From Christensenellaceae bacterium Phil1 (GTDB lineage Bacteria; Bacillota; Clostridia; Christensenellales; CAG-138), in contig MSGS01000059.1 in the NCBI GenBank assembly GCA_001940855.1, positions 2,245 to 66,244 of the forward strand: a stretch of 64,000 nt of DNA, written 5' to 3'. Positions 1 to 7,595 of the stretch are shown here, piece by piece (the stretch's first letter is position 1; each line of letters starts with the position of its first letter). Position numbers and translations under genes: made by a program. The notes beneath the pieces were generated by a model. That model was given only the letters and a program-made list of their open reading frames with translations. It was not told the DNA's origin and searched no databases.

Positions 1-1
1 G

Positions 2-481
2 GTTTTCGGGCGTAATGGTATAAAGCTGCGCCTTTTCGTGCGCGCGTATGCGGTTTAAGAAGTCCACGTCGTATCTTGCTTTTACCGCGGCTATAATGGG
101 TATGTTCCCATCCAGCGCGTTGAACACAGCCCGCTTGAACTTTTCAGCATCCTTTTCCATGAAGCCGAGTTCATCCATTATTATGTATCCGCCCGGCTTT
201 GCGGCGGTTATGTATTCCGCGCCCAGCGTATTGAACACATTTGTATATACATCGCGTATGCAAATGTCGCACCGGCCTATAAGATTAGCGCTGCCGTATG
301 TGCGCTCCGCTTCCGTTTGCCGAGCAGGATGAATATATATTGGAAACAGCCCGTCCGCATCCGCGGTTGAAAGCATCTTTGTGCAGTACCCGTATATGGG
401 GGCGTTTGCGTCCATGCACAGCCTGCGTATCAACGTGGACTTGCCAACGCCTTTTGCGCCGCATATCAATATGTGCTTCAT
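2..481 (-). CDS. Nucleoside-triphosphatase (THEP1/NTPase_1 family), 3' end outside window
   Basis: Hand-translated from ATG at 481: MKHILICGAKGVGKSTLIRRL (Walker A) ... YIIMDELGFME (Walker B of this family); open to the window edge, absent from the ORF track. Confidence 0.8.
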   Translation of the reverse strand, partial: MKHILICGAKGVGKSTLIRRLCMDANAPIYGYCTKMLSTADADGLFPIYIHPARQTEAERTYGSANLIGRCDICIRDVYTNVFNTLGAEYITAAKPGGYIIMDELGFMEKDAEKFKRAVFNALDGNIPIIAAVKARYDVDFLNRIRAHEKAQLYTITPEN

Positions 482-501
482 ATGGAGTCACCTTTCTATA
501 C

Positions 502-531
502 AAAAATACCATCCGTGAAGGATGGTATTTT
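502..531 (-). terminator. Intrinsic terminator downstream of tRNA-Thr
   Basis: AAAATACCATCC-GTGAA-GGATGGTATTTT inverted repeat. Confidence 0.75.
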
Positions 532-534
532 GCG

Positions 535-611
535 TGGAGCTGGTGATGGGAGTCGGACCCATGAACCTCGTCATTACCAATGACGCGCTCTACCAACTGA
601 GCTACACCAGC
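535..611 (-). tRNA. tRNA-Thr(GGT)
   Basis: Reverse complement folds as a cloverleaf: GCTGGTG acceptor stem, D arm GCTC-AGTTGGTA-GAGC, anticodon arm CGTCA-TTGGTAA-TGACG, T arm ATGGG-TCCGACT-CCCAT, encoded CCA. Confidence 0.95.
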
Positions 612-739
612 GAACCGTTCATGACGCTTACCGCGTCAACAGGATATATTATACTATCATATGCGGATATATGCAAGGATTTTTTTTGACAAGTTTTACT
701 TTTTTGCATATGCCCGCAAACGGAGCTTTTTTGGCGGCG

Positions 740-1531
740 TTATTTCATGCCAAGTTCTTTGTCTATGCTGGCCTGAATGGCGGCGTGCACCGCGCTTTCA
801 AAGCCGCAGCGCTGCAATGCCAGCACGCCTTCTATTGTCGTGCCGCCGGGGGTGGTGACGGAATCGATAAGGGCATATGGATGCATGCCGCTTTCGCTCA
901 CCAGCTTTGCGCTGCCCATTACCGCGCTTGCGGCAATGCTGAGCGCCTTTTGCTTGCTAAGCCCGTTTTTTACGCCCGCGCGGGCCATGGCGTCGATAAA
1001 CATATAAACATATGCCACGCCGCAGCCGGCTATGGCGGAGAATGTTTCAAACTCGCCCTCGTCAAGTTCAATGAGTTCGCCAACCTTGCCGAAGGCGAAG
1101 CGGAACGCATCAAGCTGCGCAGCCGTAACGTTTGCGGAGGCTGCATAGCCCGTTGTGGATGCGCACACGTTTGCGTTAACGTTGGGCATTATGCGTATTA
1201 TGCCGGCGTCGCGGCCTATCCCTTCGCGTATGGCGGCAATGCCGTACCCTGCGGCTATGGACATAACAAGCGCGTCGGTGCGCATGGCGCGGCCCACGCG
1301 GGGCAGAATGTCTGCAAAGGACTGCGGCGTGGTGGCAAGCACTATCGCGTCCGCCTGCGCGGCGGCTTCAAGCGTATCGCACACGGTTATGCCAAATTCG
1401 CCCGCCAAAGCGTCCGCCTTTTCGCGCGTGCGGTTGAAGGCAAGTATGTCGCATGGCGCAACGCCGCCCGCGACCATGCCGCGGATTATTGCGGCAGCCA
1501 TGCTGCCGGTGCCGATGAATGCGTATTTCAT
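740..1531 (-). CDS. proC: Pyrroline-5-carboxylate reductase
   Basis: FIGTGSMA dinucleotide-binding motif, RIMPN, VTTPGGTTIEG signature. Confidence 0.95.
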   Translation of the reverse strand: MKYAFIGTGSMAAAIIRGMVAGGVAPCDILAFNRTREKADALAGEFGITVCDTLEAAAQADAIVLATTPQSFADILPRVGRAMRTDALVMSIAAGYGIAAIREGIGRDAGIIRIMPNVNANVCASTTGYAASANVTAAQLDAFRFAFGKVGELIELDEGEFETFSAIAGCGVAYVYMFIDAMARAGVKNGLSKQKALSIAASAVMGSAKLVSESGMHPYALIDSVTTPGGTTIEGVLALQRCGFESAVHAAIQASIDKELGMK

Positions 1532-1551
1532 GAGTGTCTCCTTTGTAATTC

Positions 1552-1577
1552 AAAAGAGCGGCGCTGGCCGCTCTTTT
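1552..1577 (-). terminator. Intrinsic terminator after the displaced original lysS 3' end
   Basis: AAAAGAGCGGC-GCTG-GCCGCTCTTTT hairpin just after the stop codon at 1583-1585. Confidence 0.65.
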
Positions 1578-1591
1578 ATGCTTTACTTTAT

Positions 1592-1613
1592 GGGCTTCAT
1601 AGTGGGGAACAGC
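1592..1613 (+). repeat. Attachment site, integrase-proximal
   Basis: GGGCTTCATaGTGGGGAAcAGC, 20/22 match to 12968-12989; minus strand reads LFPTMKPIK-stop. Confidence 0.88.
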
Positions 1614-1721
1614 GCAGAAAAAATACGCATCGCTTTATATGCCGTTAAAAGCCCGCTGTTCGCCATGTTTTCTGCACCATCCTTTCTGTATCTTCGCTTA
1701 TCTTCCCGCTTCTTACCCATG

Positions 1722-1747
1722 AAAATGGGTACAAAAGTGGGTAAAAC
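1722..1747 (+). repeat. Putative integrase arm-type binding sites
   Basis: AAAATGGGTAcaaaaGTGGGTAAAAC, echoed by AAAATGGGTAaaccGTGGGTAAAAAC at 12892-12918 near the other att site. Confidence 0.65.
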
Positions 1748-1764
1748 CTGTAGAGATAAAACCC

Positions 1765-3036
1765 TTAGCTAATCTTGATTTTGCCCTCCAAGTTGAAGAT
1801 GCTTTCCTTTTTCTTTTCCTTGGTGGCTTCGCTGTACACATTCATTGTGGTTGAAATGTCAGCGTGTCCCATAATCTCTTGAATGACCTTCAAATTGGTT
1901 TCGTTCTCACAAAACCGTGTGCAGAAAGTGTGTCTCAGATTATGGACGGTAAAGTGTGGCAGCAGCACCGGCTCCCTATGTTCTTCTTCCGCACAGGCGC
2001 TTTCCGCAGCGTTATAGTCACGGCTGATACGCTCGATTGCCCTGTTGATGCAGTGGGGAGAAATACAATCCCCGAACCTGTTCTGGAAGATGAACCCGCT
2101 ATATCCATCGACAACGGATTGGTTAAAGCCATGCCGCATCTGGGACAACCGTGCTTCCAATAAAGCCTGTTTGACCTCTGAAAGCATTGGCACAATCCGC
2201 ACACCCGCTTTTGTCTTCGGCGTGGTGATACGGAACCTACAGTCCCCGCCGTCTTCGCCCTGCCGATAAATCAGATTGTGGTTAATACTGATGATTTCGT
2301 CCTTGAAATCGCAATCTTCCCACCGCAACCCGATAACCTCACCGACCCGACAACCAGTCCCCAGCAACACCGTAAAAAGCGGCAACCAGTGCTGGTAGGT
2401 CTTATGTCCAGCAACATAGCTTACAAACGCTTCTTGCTGGGCTTCGGTCAAAGCGTGGCGTTTGGGCTTCTCCCAATCATGGCTTCGCTTGATTTCATTC
2501 ATCACGCCATCGGTTGGGTTCAACCGAATTAGCCCGTCTCTGACCGCCACATTGAATATGGGGTGAAGAATTGTATGGATAATCTCCATACTGTTTGGCT
2601 TGAAGCCAACATCGTTGATGAGGTGGATATAGAAGTTTTTCACATGGCTGTATCGGATACTTCCAATGTTCATCTGCCCCAGCTCATCGTGTACATATTT
2701 CTTGTACATATACTTGTAGTTGGCTCTGGTAGAGTGCTTTATTTCATACTTGCTTTGAATGTAGCTATCAAAGAAGCTGTTAAGCGTTGTGCGATAAGCC
2801 GCATATCTGTTGATGTCATCGTCCACATCACGCAGAACCGCTTTCTCCATTTCTCGGAGAGACTTTTCACACCGCTTTCCAGCCGGTAAGCTATCTGTCT
2901 CCACCAATTTCCAACTGTATATGCTTCGGGTTTCCCCCTTTACATCTTTGTAACGGAACTCATACCGTCCGTCCTCACGCTGCCGTTCTCCTTGCCGGAG
3001 GTTTCTGCCTTTATTATCTTTTTTCTTAGTATTCAT
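1765..3036 (-). CDS. int: Tyrosine integrase (Tn916-like, N-terminal arm-binding domain)
   Basis: N-terminal KDNKGRNLRQGERQREDGRY; catalytic TGCRVGE, KT, HNLRHT, MGH, VY. Confidence 0.95.
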   Translation of the reverse strand: MNTKKKDNKGRNLRQGERQREDGRYEFRYKDVKGETRSIYSWKLVETDSLPAGKRCEKSLREMEKAVLRDVDDDINRYAAYRTTLNSFFDSYIQSKYEIKHSTRANYKYMYKKYVHDELGQMNIGSIRYSHVKNFYIHLINDVGFKPNSMEIIHTILHPIFNVAVRDGLIRLNPTDGVMNEIKRSHDWEKPKRHALTEAQQEAFVSYVAGHKTYQHWLPLFTVLLGTGCRVGEVIGLRWEDCDFKDEIISINHNLIYRQGEDGGDCRFRITTPKTKAGVRIVPMLSEVKQALLEARLSQMRHGFNQSVVDGYSGFIFQNRFGDCISPHCINRAIERISRDYNAAESACAEEEHREPVLLPHFTVHNLRHTFCTRFCENETNLKVIQEIMGHADISTTMNVYSEATKEKKKESIFNLEGKIKIS

Positions 3037-3125
3037 GGATTCTCCTTTATTTCATTACAAAGAGAACCCGCTTATAAGACATAATCAATATACCATAAGC
3101 GGGCTTCATTTTCAAGGTGGGGGGC

Positions 3126-3335
3126 TTAGACCAAGCTAAGCCCGTCCACATATTGTTCAAACAATTTCCGTTTGATTTGTATACGGTTTCCATTACAAAG
3201 GATATAATCCGCATCCTCATTATCCCGAATTAGCTTTCTTAATTTGTTTTCGCCAATTCTGAAATAGGCGGCAGCTTCTTCGATGGATAATGTATACTGC
3301 TCCCACACAGGGATTTCAACAGTGCTACTACGCAT
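3126..3335 (-). CDS. xis: Excisionase (Tn916 Xis-like)
   Basis: [26 protein letters not shown]...[12 protein letters not shown]; directly upstream of the integrase. Confidence 0.9.
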   Translation of the reverse strand: MRSSTVEIPVWEQYTLSIEEAAAYFRIGENKLRKLIRDNEDADYILCNGNRIQIKRKLFEQYVDGLSLV

Positions 3336-3638
3336 ATTACCGTCCTTTCAATTTGATAGCACCGTTGCCTCCTGCCTTGGGCGAGGATATGAGCGCACAG
3401 AATGTGCGTGATTTGTTATCAAGCAACAGTTTGTTAGATAATGGCTTAACCATCATGCTTTTGTTGGATTAAATCAAAGCTATTGGCTATGGCAATCCGT
3501 TGTGGCACATCACCCCCTTTGTCCAAAAAATAAATGTTGACATCAATCAGCGCATAGGAAGATACGCTCGTTATTGTCATATCACCTTGCTTTTTCAGAT
3601 ATTTTTTTATTAAGGAAACAACTCCGAAAACCCCATAA

Positions 3639-4952
3639 CTAAGCCTTTTCCAGCACCTTCTTTGTACGGGGCTGGTACAAGGCTTCATTAACCTCAAACC
3701 AACGAAACAGTAAGCTTCTCATTCTGGACGATGGAATATAAAGGTTAATGCTTTGCTCGTTGCGTATGGCACTTCTCCAAACCCACTGCAATAATTCACT
3801 CGTTGCAAAGCAATCCTCATCTATTGGACTCCCTCTACGCAAAAAATACTTTTCAATTTCTGGTGGAAGGTAACGGTTTAACAGATACAAAAGCGTGGTT
3901 CGTTCTGAATAAACATTTGTAGCTCTTGCCGTACAGGAAACAAAACATTGCAGCTTTTGTTTAACTTCATCGGGCAGTTTCTGTTCCTCGGCTGTAAGCC
4001 GCCGAATATACTTAAAGCCCTTTGTTTTTTCCAATTTCTTGTGAATGTCGTGTTGCTTTGTAGTAGTCCACATTATGCTATTAGTGGGTGCTTTTACATA
4101 CCCCTTATAATTTCTCATAGCGTTTTGAATTTTCCGTATCTGTTCTGAACTTGCCGCTTTTAACCAATTTACAGAAAAAGCGTTTGTTTTGCTGCCAATC
4201 CGGTTTAATTCTCCAGAGTAAATATTTACAAGGGTGAAAAGCGCACTTTTATGCCTTTTGCAGTCATCATATGGACACAGCCGGAACCTATCGTTTTCCG
4301 TATGCTCTGCGGAACACTTTGTATAAGTCAATCCATAGATACGCATATAAGCTGCGAGCATACTTCCCTCAAAGAGATAGGTTAAGATGTACACGCACTT
4401 GAAAGCTGAAAACATATCTACTGGATATTCCCAATATAGAGTATCGTCAATGCAGCGCAGACTGCCAGCTTTAGCAAGCCGTTCAACCTCAGAATAATGA
4501 AAATCATCTGTTGTCGCACCACTCCACTCAACACAATAATCGTCAGACACAAGGATATAACCCTCTTGTTTTAACCATCGTACATCGCCTTTGGTGATGG
4601 TCTTATTGTCAAGAGATTTTACCTCGTTATTGTATTCTCGGAAAATGTCAAGAGCTTCATCCAATACCAATGTATAACCGCCCTCGCGGATAAGCTGTAC
4701 CGTTTCAGGCGTCGCTTTCAAAAAGAGTGCATGTGTTGTCACAATGTTTTCTCCAATGGATAATAGCTTGTGAAACGCATCTAATTTCCCATTGCCTGTA
4801 TTGCAGGGCTGTTTGAAGCGATTTTGCGTCTTCTCGATAATGCGCTCTATTTCGGATAAGTACGGTGTCACATAGATATAGCTGCCCTCTAAATCGGCAT
4901 TTATCTGTTCCAACATAGCAGAAGTCTTTCCGCTACCCATGATGCTATCCAC
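3639..4952 (-). CDS. SF2/DEAD-like P-loop helicase-family protein (true start probably slightly upstream)
   Basis: Walker A MGSGKT, YVTPYLSE, TTHALF, Walker B LVLDE, ILTY, C-terminal ELLQWVWRSAIR. Confidence 0.75.
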   Translation of the reverse strand: MDSIMGSGKTSAMLEQINADLEGSYIYVTPYLSEIERIIEKTQNRFKQPCNTGNGKLDAFHKLLSIGENIVTTHALFLKATPETVQLIREGGYTLVLDEALDIFREYNNEVKSLDNKTITKGDVRWLKQEGYILVSDDYCVEWSGATTDDFHYSEVERLAKAGSLRCIDDTLYWEYPVDMFSAFKCVYILTYLFEGSMLAAYMRIYGLTYTKCSAEHTENDRFRLCPYDDCKRHKSALFTLVNIYSGELNRIGSKTNAFSVNWLKAASSEQIRKIQNAMRNYKGYVKAPTNSIMWTTTKQHDIHKKLEKTKGFKYIRRLTAEEQKLPDEVKQKLQCFVSCTARATNVYSERTTLLYLLNRYLPPEIEKYFLRRGSPIDEDCFATSELLQWVWRSAIRNEQSINLYIPSSRMRSLLFRWFEVNEALYQPRTKKVLEKA

Positions 4953-4975
4953 TACTGTAATAGTCGTTTTGATAA

Positions 4976-5176
4976 CTATTTTACCTCCATTCTTTCTTGG
5001 ATAAAGCGATATAGCCTATCCGCACATTTTCCACAGATACAAAGTGTTACGCTTTCCCCATCGTAGGAACTGCCATAGCCAAGCTTTAAGCCGATAGATG
5101 ACAATGCCCACTCAGCCACATCAGCCCTGCCGCATATCCGGCACTTCGTAGGCATAAAACTACTCTTTGATTGCAT
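4976..5176 (-). CDS. Small putative zinc-finger protein
   Basis: 66 aa, CRIC ... CICGKC; RBS GGGGGTG upstream; abuts the helicase gene. Confidence 0.6.
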   Translation of the reverse strand: MQSKSSFMPTKCRICGRADVAEWALSSIGLKLGYGSSYDGESVTLCICGKCADRLYRFIQERMEVK

Positions 5177-5198
5177 TTCTTCACCCCCTCTCTATGTT

Positions 5199-5360
5199 TT
5201 ACTTCTTACCGCAAAGGGTAGGACACTTGCGACGGCATGGATGCCCTACACCTCTAATCACAAAGGTTGAGACACCCGCCATCCTTAATCGCAAGGGGTG
5301 TACCCTGCTTGCTCTTAATCGCAAAGGGACAACCCCCCAGCCCATTAAACACAAAAAAGC
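5199..5360 (+). repeat. Array 1 of degenerate ~29-bp hairpin repeat (core CYYTAATCGCAAAGGG), four clear copies and one weak
   Basis: Copies at about 5199, 5247, 5278, 5308 and weakly 5338. Confidence 0.75.
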
Positions 5361-5462
5361 CGCACCCATCGAACGGATATCCGTTTGACAAGTGCGGCAT
5401 TTTTATATGCGCATTATTTATCCAGTTGAAAAAGTTCCCTTAGAAAACAAATCAACCGACTA

Positions 5463-5687
5463 CTACTGTTTCTTTTTGCTCTCTGGGCTATTAAAACCAA
5501 AACCGCCCCCCTCACGCTCCATGCGTTGGGCAATCGCTTGCAAAACATATGCTTGCACCGATTGCCCTGCATCAGCGGCGGCGGCTCTAATCTTCGCCCC
5601 TATCTCCTTGGACGGTCTAATCATAATATTATCCTGCTTACGGTTAAACTCTGTACTTGCTCTTTTCTGTGCTTCTGTTGACATCAT
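5463..5687 (-). CDS. Ribbon-helix-helix (Arc/DUF1778-like) DNA-binding protein, probable repressor
   Basis: STEAQKRAS..FNRKQDNIMIRP..KIRAAAADAGQSVQAYVLQAI pattern; divergent from the ardC operon. Confidence 0.7.
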   Translation of the reverse strand: MMSTEAQKRASTEFNRKQDNIMIRPSKEIGAKIRAAAADAGQSVQAYVLQAIAQRMEREGGGFGFNSPESKKKQ

Positions 5688-5701
5688 ATCACCCCCACAG
5701 C

Positions 5702-5808
5702 ATTATAACATATTTTCTTATATCAGTAAACTGATACATGTGCACAAAAATATCAGTTAACTTTTATTCGATTTACCCCTTTACAAAATATCAGTTAACT
5801 GATATAAT
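5702..5808. promoter_or_regulatory. Divergent sigma-A promoters with three palindromic operators TATCAGTTAACTGATA
   Basis: Operators at 5721-5736, 5751-5762 (partial), 5789-5804; plus promoter TTTACA(5780)-17bp-TATAAT(5803); minus promoter TTTACT(5730)-17bp-TATAAT(5707). Confidence 0.8.
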
Positions 5809-5863
5809 GCAAACTGTCAAGCCAATAGCTATGACAATATCAACAAAAAAAGGAGACAGAAAA

Positions 5864-6139
5864 ATGAGTAGTATGGAAATCAGTAAGCAGGTCAAGGAAC
5901 TGCGGGAACTGCGCCGCATGGCTGACGAAATCGCTGCCGAAATCGACAGCATTCAAGATGCAATCAAAGAGGAAATGACCGCCCGAAATGTGGAAGAAAT
6001 GACCGGCGATGATTACAAAATCACTTGGAAATCGGTTGTTTCCCGCCGCTTCGACAGTGCCGCCTTTCGTAGCACCCACAGCGAACTATTCAACCAGTAC
6101 ACAAAGGAAAGCACTTCCCGCCGTTTTGTTCTGGCATAA
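5864..6139 (+). CDS. Hypothetical 91-aa protein resembling the C-terminal region of phage YqaJ-type exonucleases
   Basis: RBS AAGGAG before ATG 5864; coiled coil then ITWKSVVSRRFDS..HSELFNQYTKESTSRRF. Confidence 0.7.
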   Translation: MSSMEISKQVKELRELRRMADEIAAEIDSIQDAIKEEMTARNVEEMTGDDYKITWKSVVSRRFDSAAFRSTHSELFNQYTKESTSRRFVLA

Positions 6140-6274
6140 AGAAAAGCCCCTTGCAGTACAGCCCGTCAAAGCAGAGTGCAAGAGACTTAGACGCTAACCC
6201 AATGCGGGGTAGCACTGCCATTATAGCATGGCTGCCCCGCTCATATCAAGATAAGAAGAAAAGGAGCAGCTACT

Positions 6275-7123
6275 ATGGAAAAGTTTGATATCTACAATGC
6301 AGTAACTGAGCGCATCATTTCCCAGCTTGAAAAGGGCATCATCCCTTGGCAAAAGCCGTGGACAGGCATTCAAGGCGGCGCAATCAGCGGCGCAACCGGC
6401 AAGCCTTATTCCTTGCTCAATCAAATGCTGTTGGGCAAGGCAGGGGAATACTTCACCTATAATCAAGTGCTTGCACAGGGTGGAGCCGTCCGCAAGGGCG
6501 AAAAGGCGCAAATCGTTGTATTCTGGAAACAGGTCAAAGTAGAGGACACCCAAAGCGATGAAGCAAAGGAAAAGCTAATCCCCATGCTGCGCTATTACAA
6601 TGTTTTTCACATTGACCAGTGCGACGGTCTGACACCACGCCAAACGTCCACAGAACGCCCTGCAAGCCCTGTAGCGGAACAAATCATATCAGAATACAGC
6701 AACCGTGAAAAGGTCGAAATACGCCACCAGCGTGGCGATGAAGCCTACTACAGCCCAGCAAGGGATTGTATCATGCTGCCGCTTACAGAACAGTTTTGCT
6801 CCAATGCGGAATACTACTCCACCATATTCCATGAAATGGCGCACAGTACAGGGCATCAATCCCGCTTGAACCGCCTAAAGGCTACCGCCCATTTTGGAAG
6901 TGCTGACTACAGCAAGGAAGAATTGACCGCCGAAATCAGCGCCGCCGCCCTGCTGAATTATACCGGCATTGAAACAAAGGGCAGTTTCCGCAACAATGCC
7001 GCCTATATCCAAAATTGGCTATCCGTTCTGAAAAATGACCGCCGCCTTATCGTGACCGCCAGCGGAGCCGCCGCCAAAGCTGTAGACTACATTCTGGACA
7101 AGGGGGTAAATTGCTATGAATAA
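6275..7123 (+). CDS. ardC: ArdC-family antirestriction protein (ssDNA-binding domain plus zincin-like domain)
   Basis: LEKGIIPWQKPW, TGKPYSLLN, GGAVRKGEK, YYNVF, FHEMAHSTGH..RLNR, EELTAE, AYIQNWL. Confidence 0.9.
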   Translation: MEKFDIYNAVTERIISQLEKGIIPWQKPWTGIQGGAISGATGKPYSLLNQMLLGKAGEYFTYNQVLAQGGAVRKGEKAQIVVFWKQVKVEDTQSDEAKEKLIPMLRYYNVFHIDQCDGLTPRQTSTERPASPVAEQIISEYSNREKVEIRHQRGDEAYYSPARDCIMLPLTEQFCSNAEYYSTIFHEMAHSTGHQSRLNRLKATAHFGSADYSKEELTAEISAAALLNYTGIETKGSFRNNAAYIQNWLSVLKNDRRLIVTASGAAAKAVDYILDKGVNCYE

Positions 7124-7253
7124 GAACTTGAAAGAGCCGTTGAAAGATGTTCTTTTCTGGATAATCTTCTTTATCGCTGCGCCACTGCCGCTTGTGGGAG
7201 GTCTGCTGTATTTCATCTGCGGTAGTTTGGGCTGGATTGATATCAACCTATGA
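7116..7253 (+). CDS. Small membrane protein (45 aa)
   Basis: Hand-translated MNKNLKEPLKDVLFWIIFFIAAPLPLVGGLLYFICGSLGWIDINL; RBS AAGGGGG; overlaps the ardC stop. Confidence 0.55.
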   Translation: MNKNLKEPLKDVLFWIIFFIAAPLPLVGGLLYFICGSLGWIDINL

Positions 7254-7280
7254 GTAATGGCGGTAGGGGTGTGGAGTTTC

Positions 7281-7466
7281 TGCACCCCTAACCGCAAAGG
7301 GGGTAGCCCCCGCTGCGGGGCTTCCTTACACCCTTTACCGTAAGGGGTACTACACAAAAGCAGCGTATGTTTCTCTACACCTTTAACCACAAGGGGGCTA
7401 ACACCATGTTAACAGCGGGGCAGCGTGTGCCTTACCCTGCACCCTTAATCGCAAAGGGGTAGACAC
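7281..7466 (+). repeat. Array 2 of the same ~29-bp hairpin repeat (TRCACCCYTAAYCGCAAAGGGGTAGACAC), four copies
   Basis: Copies at 7281, 7327, 7376, 7438, same orientation as array 1. Confidence 0.8.
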
Positions 7467-7595
7467 GCAAGTCCTCAAAAGTGCGTATAACTCCACAAAT
7501 ACGCACAGCAAAACGCCTTGTTTTCAAGGTTTTTCAAGTGTCCCGCTGAAAGGTTCGTTATTTCACTCTTTTGAGTTCGTATTTTGGAGGTTGTT

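Noticed and set aside
535-611. tRNA-Thr as the integration site
   Set aside because: proC lies between it and the integrase, I see no duplicated tRNA 3' end, and the att repeat matches lysS
671-1648. 325-aa plus-strand ORF
   Set aside because: Antisense shadow of proC
3446-3697. 83-aa ORF between xis and the helicase
   Set aside because: Overlaps the helicase end and has no motif; a shorter start at 3580 is possible but unsupported
5199-7466. Repeat arrays as CRISPR
   Set aside because: Repeats are degenerate, spacing is irregular (30-62 bp), some spacers are near zero length, and no cas genes are present
7540-7585. Chromosomal dif/Xer site upstream of the small recombinase
   Set aside because: No convincing XerD-arm match (TTATGTTAAA); kept only as a possible site for the element's own recombinase
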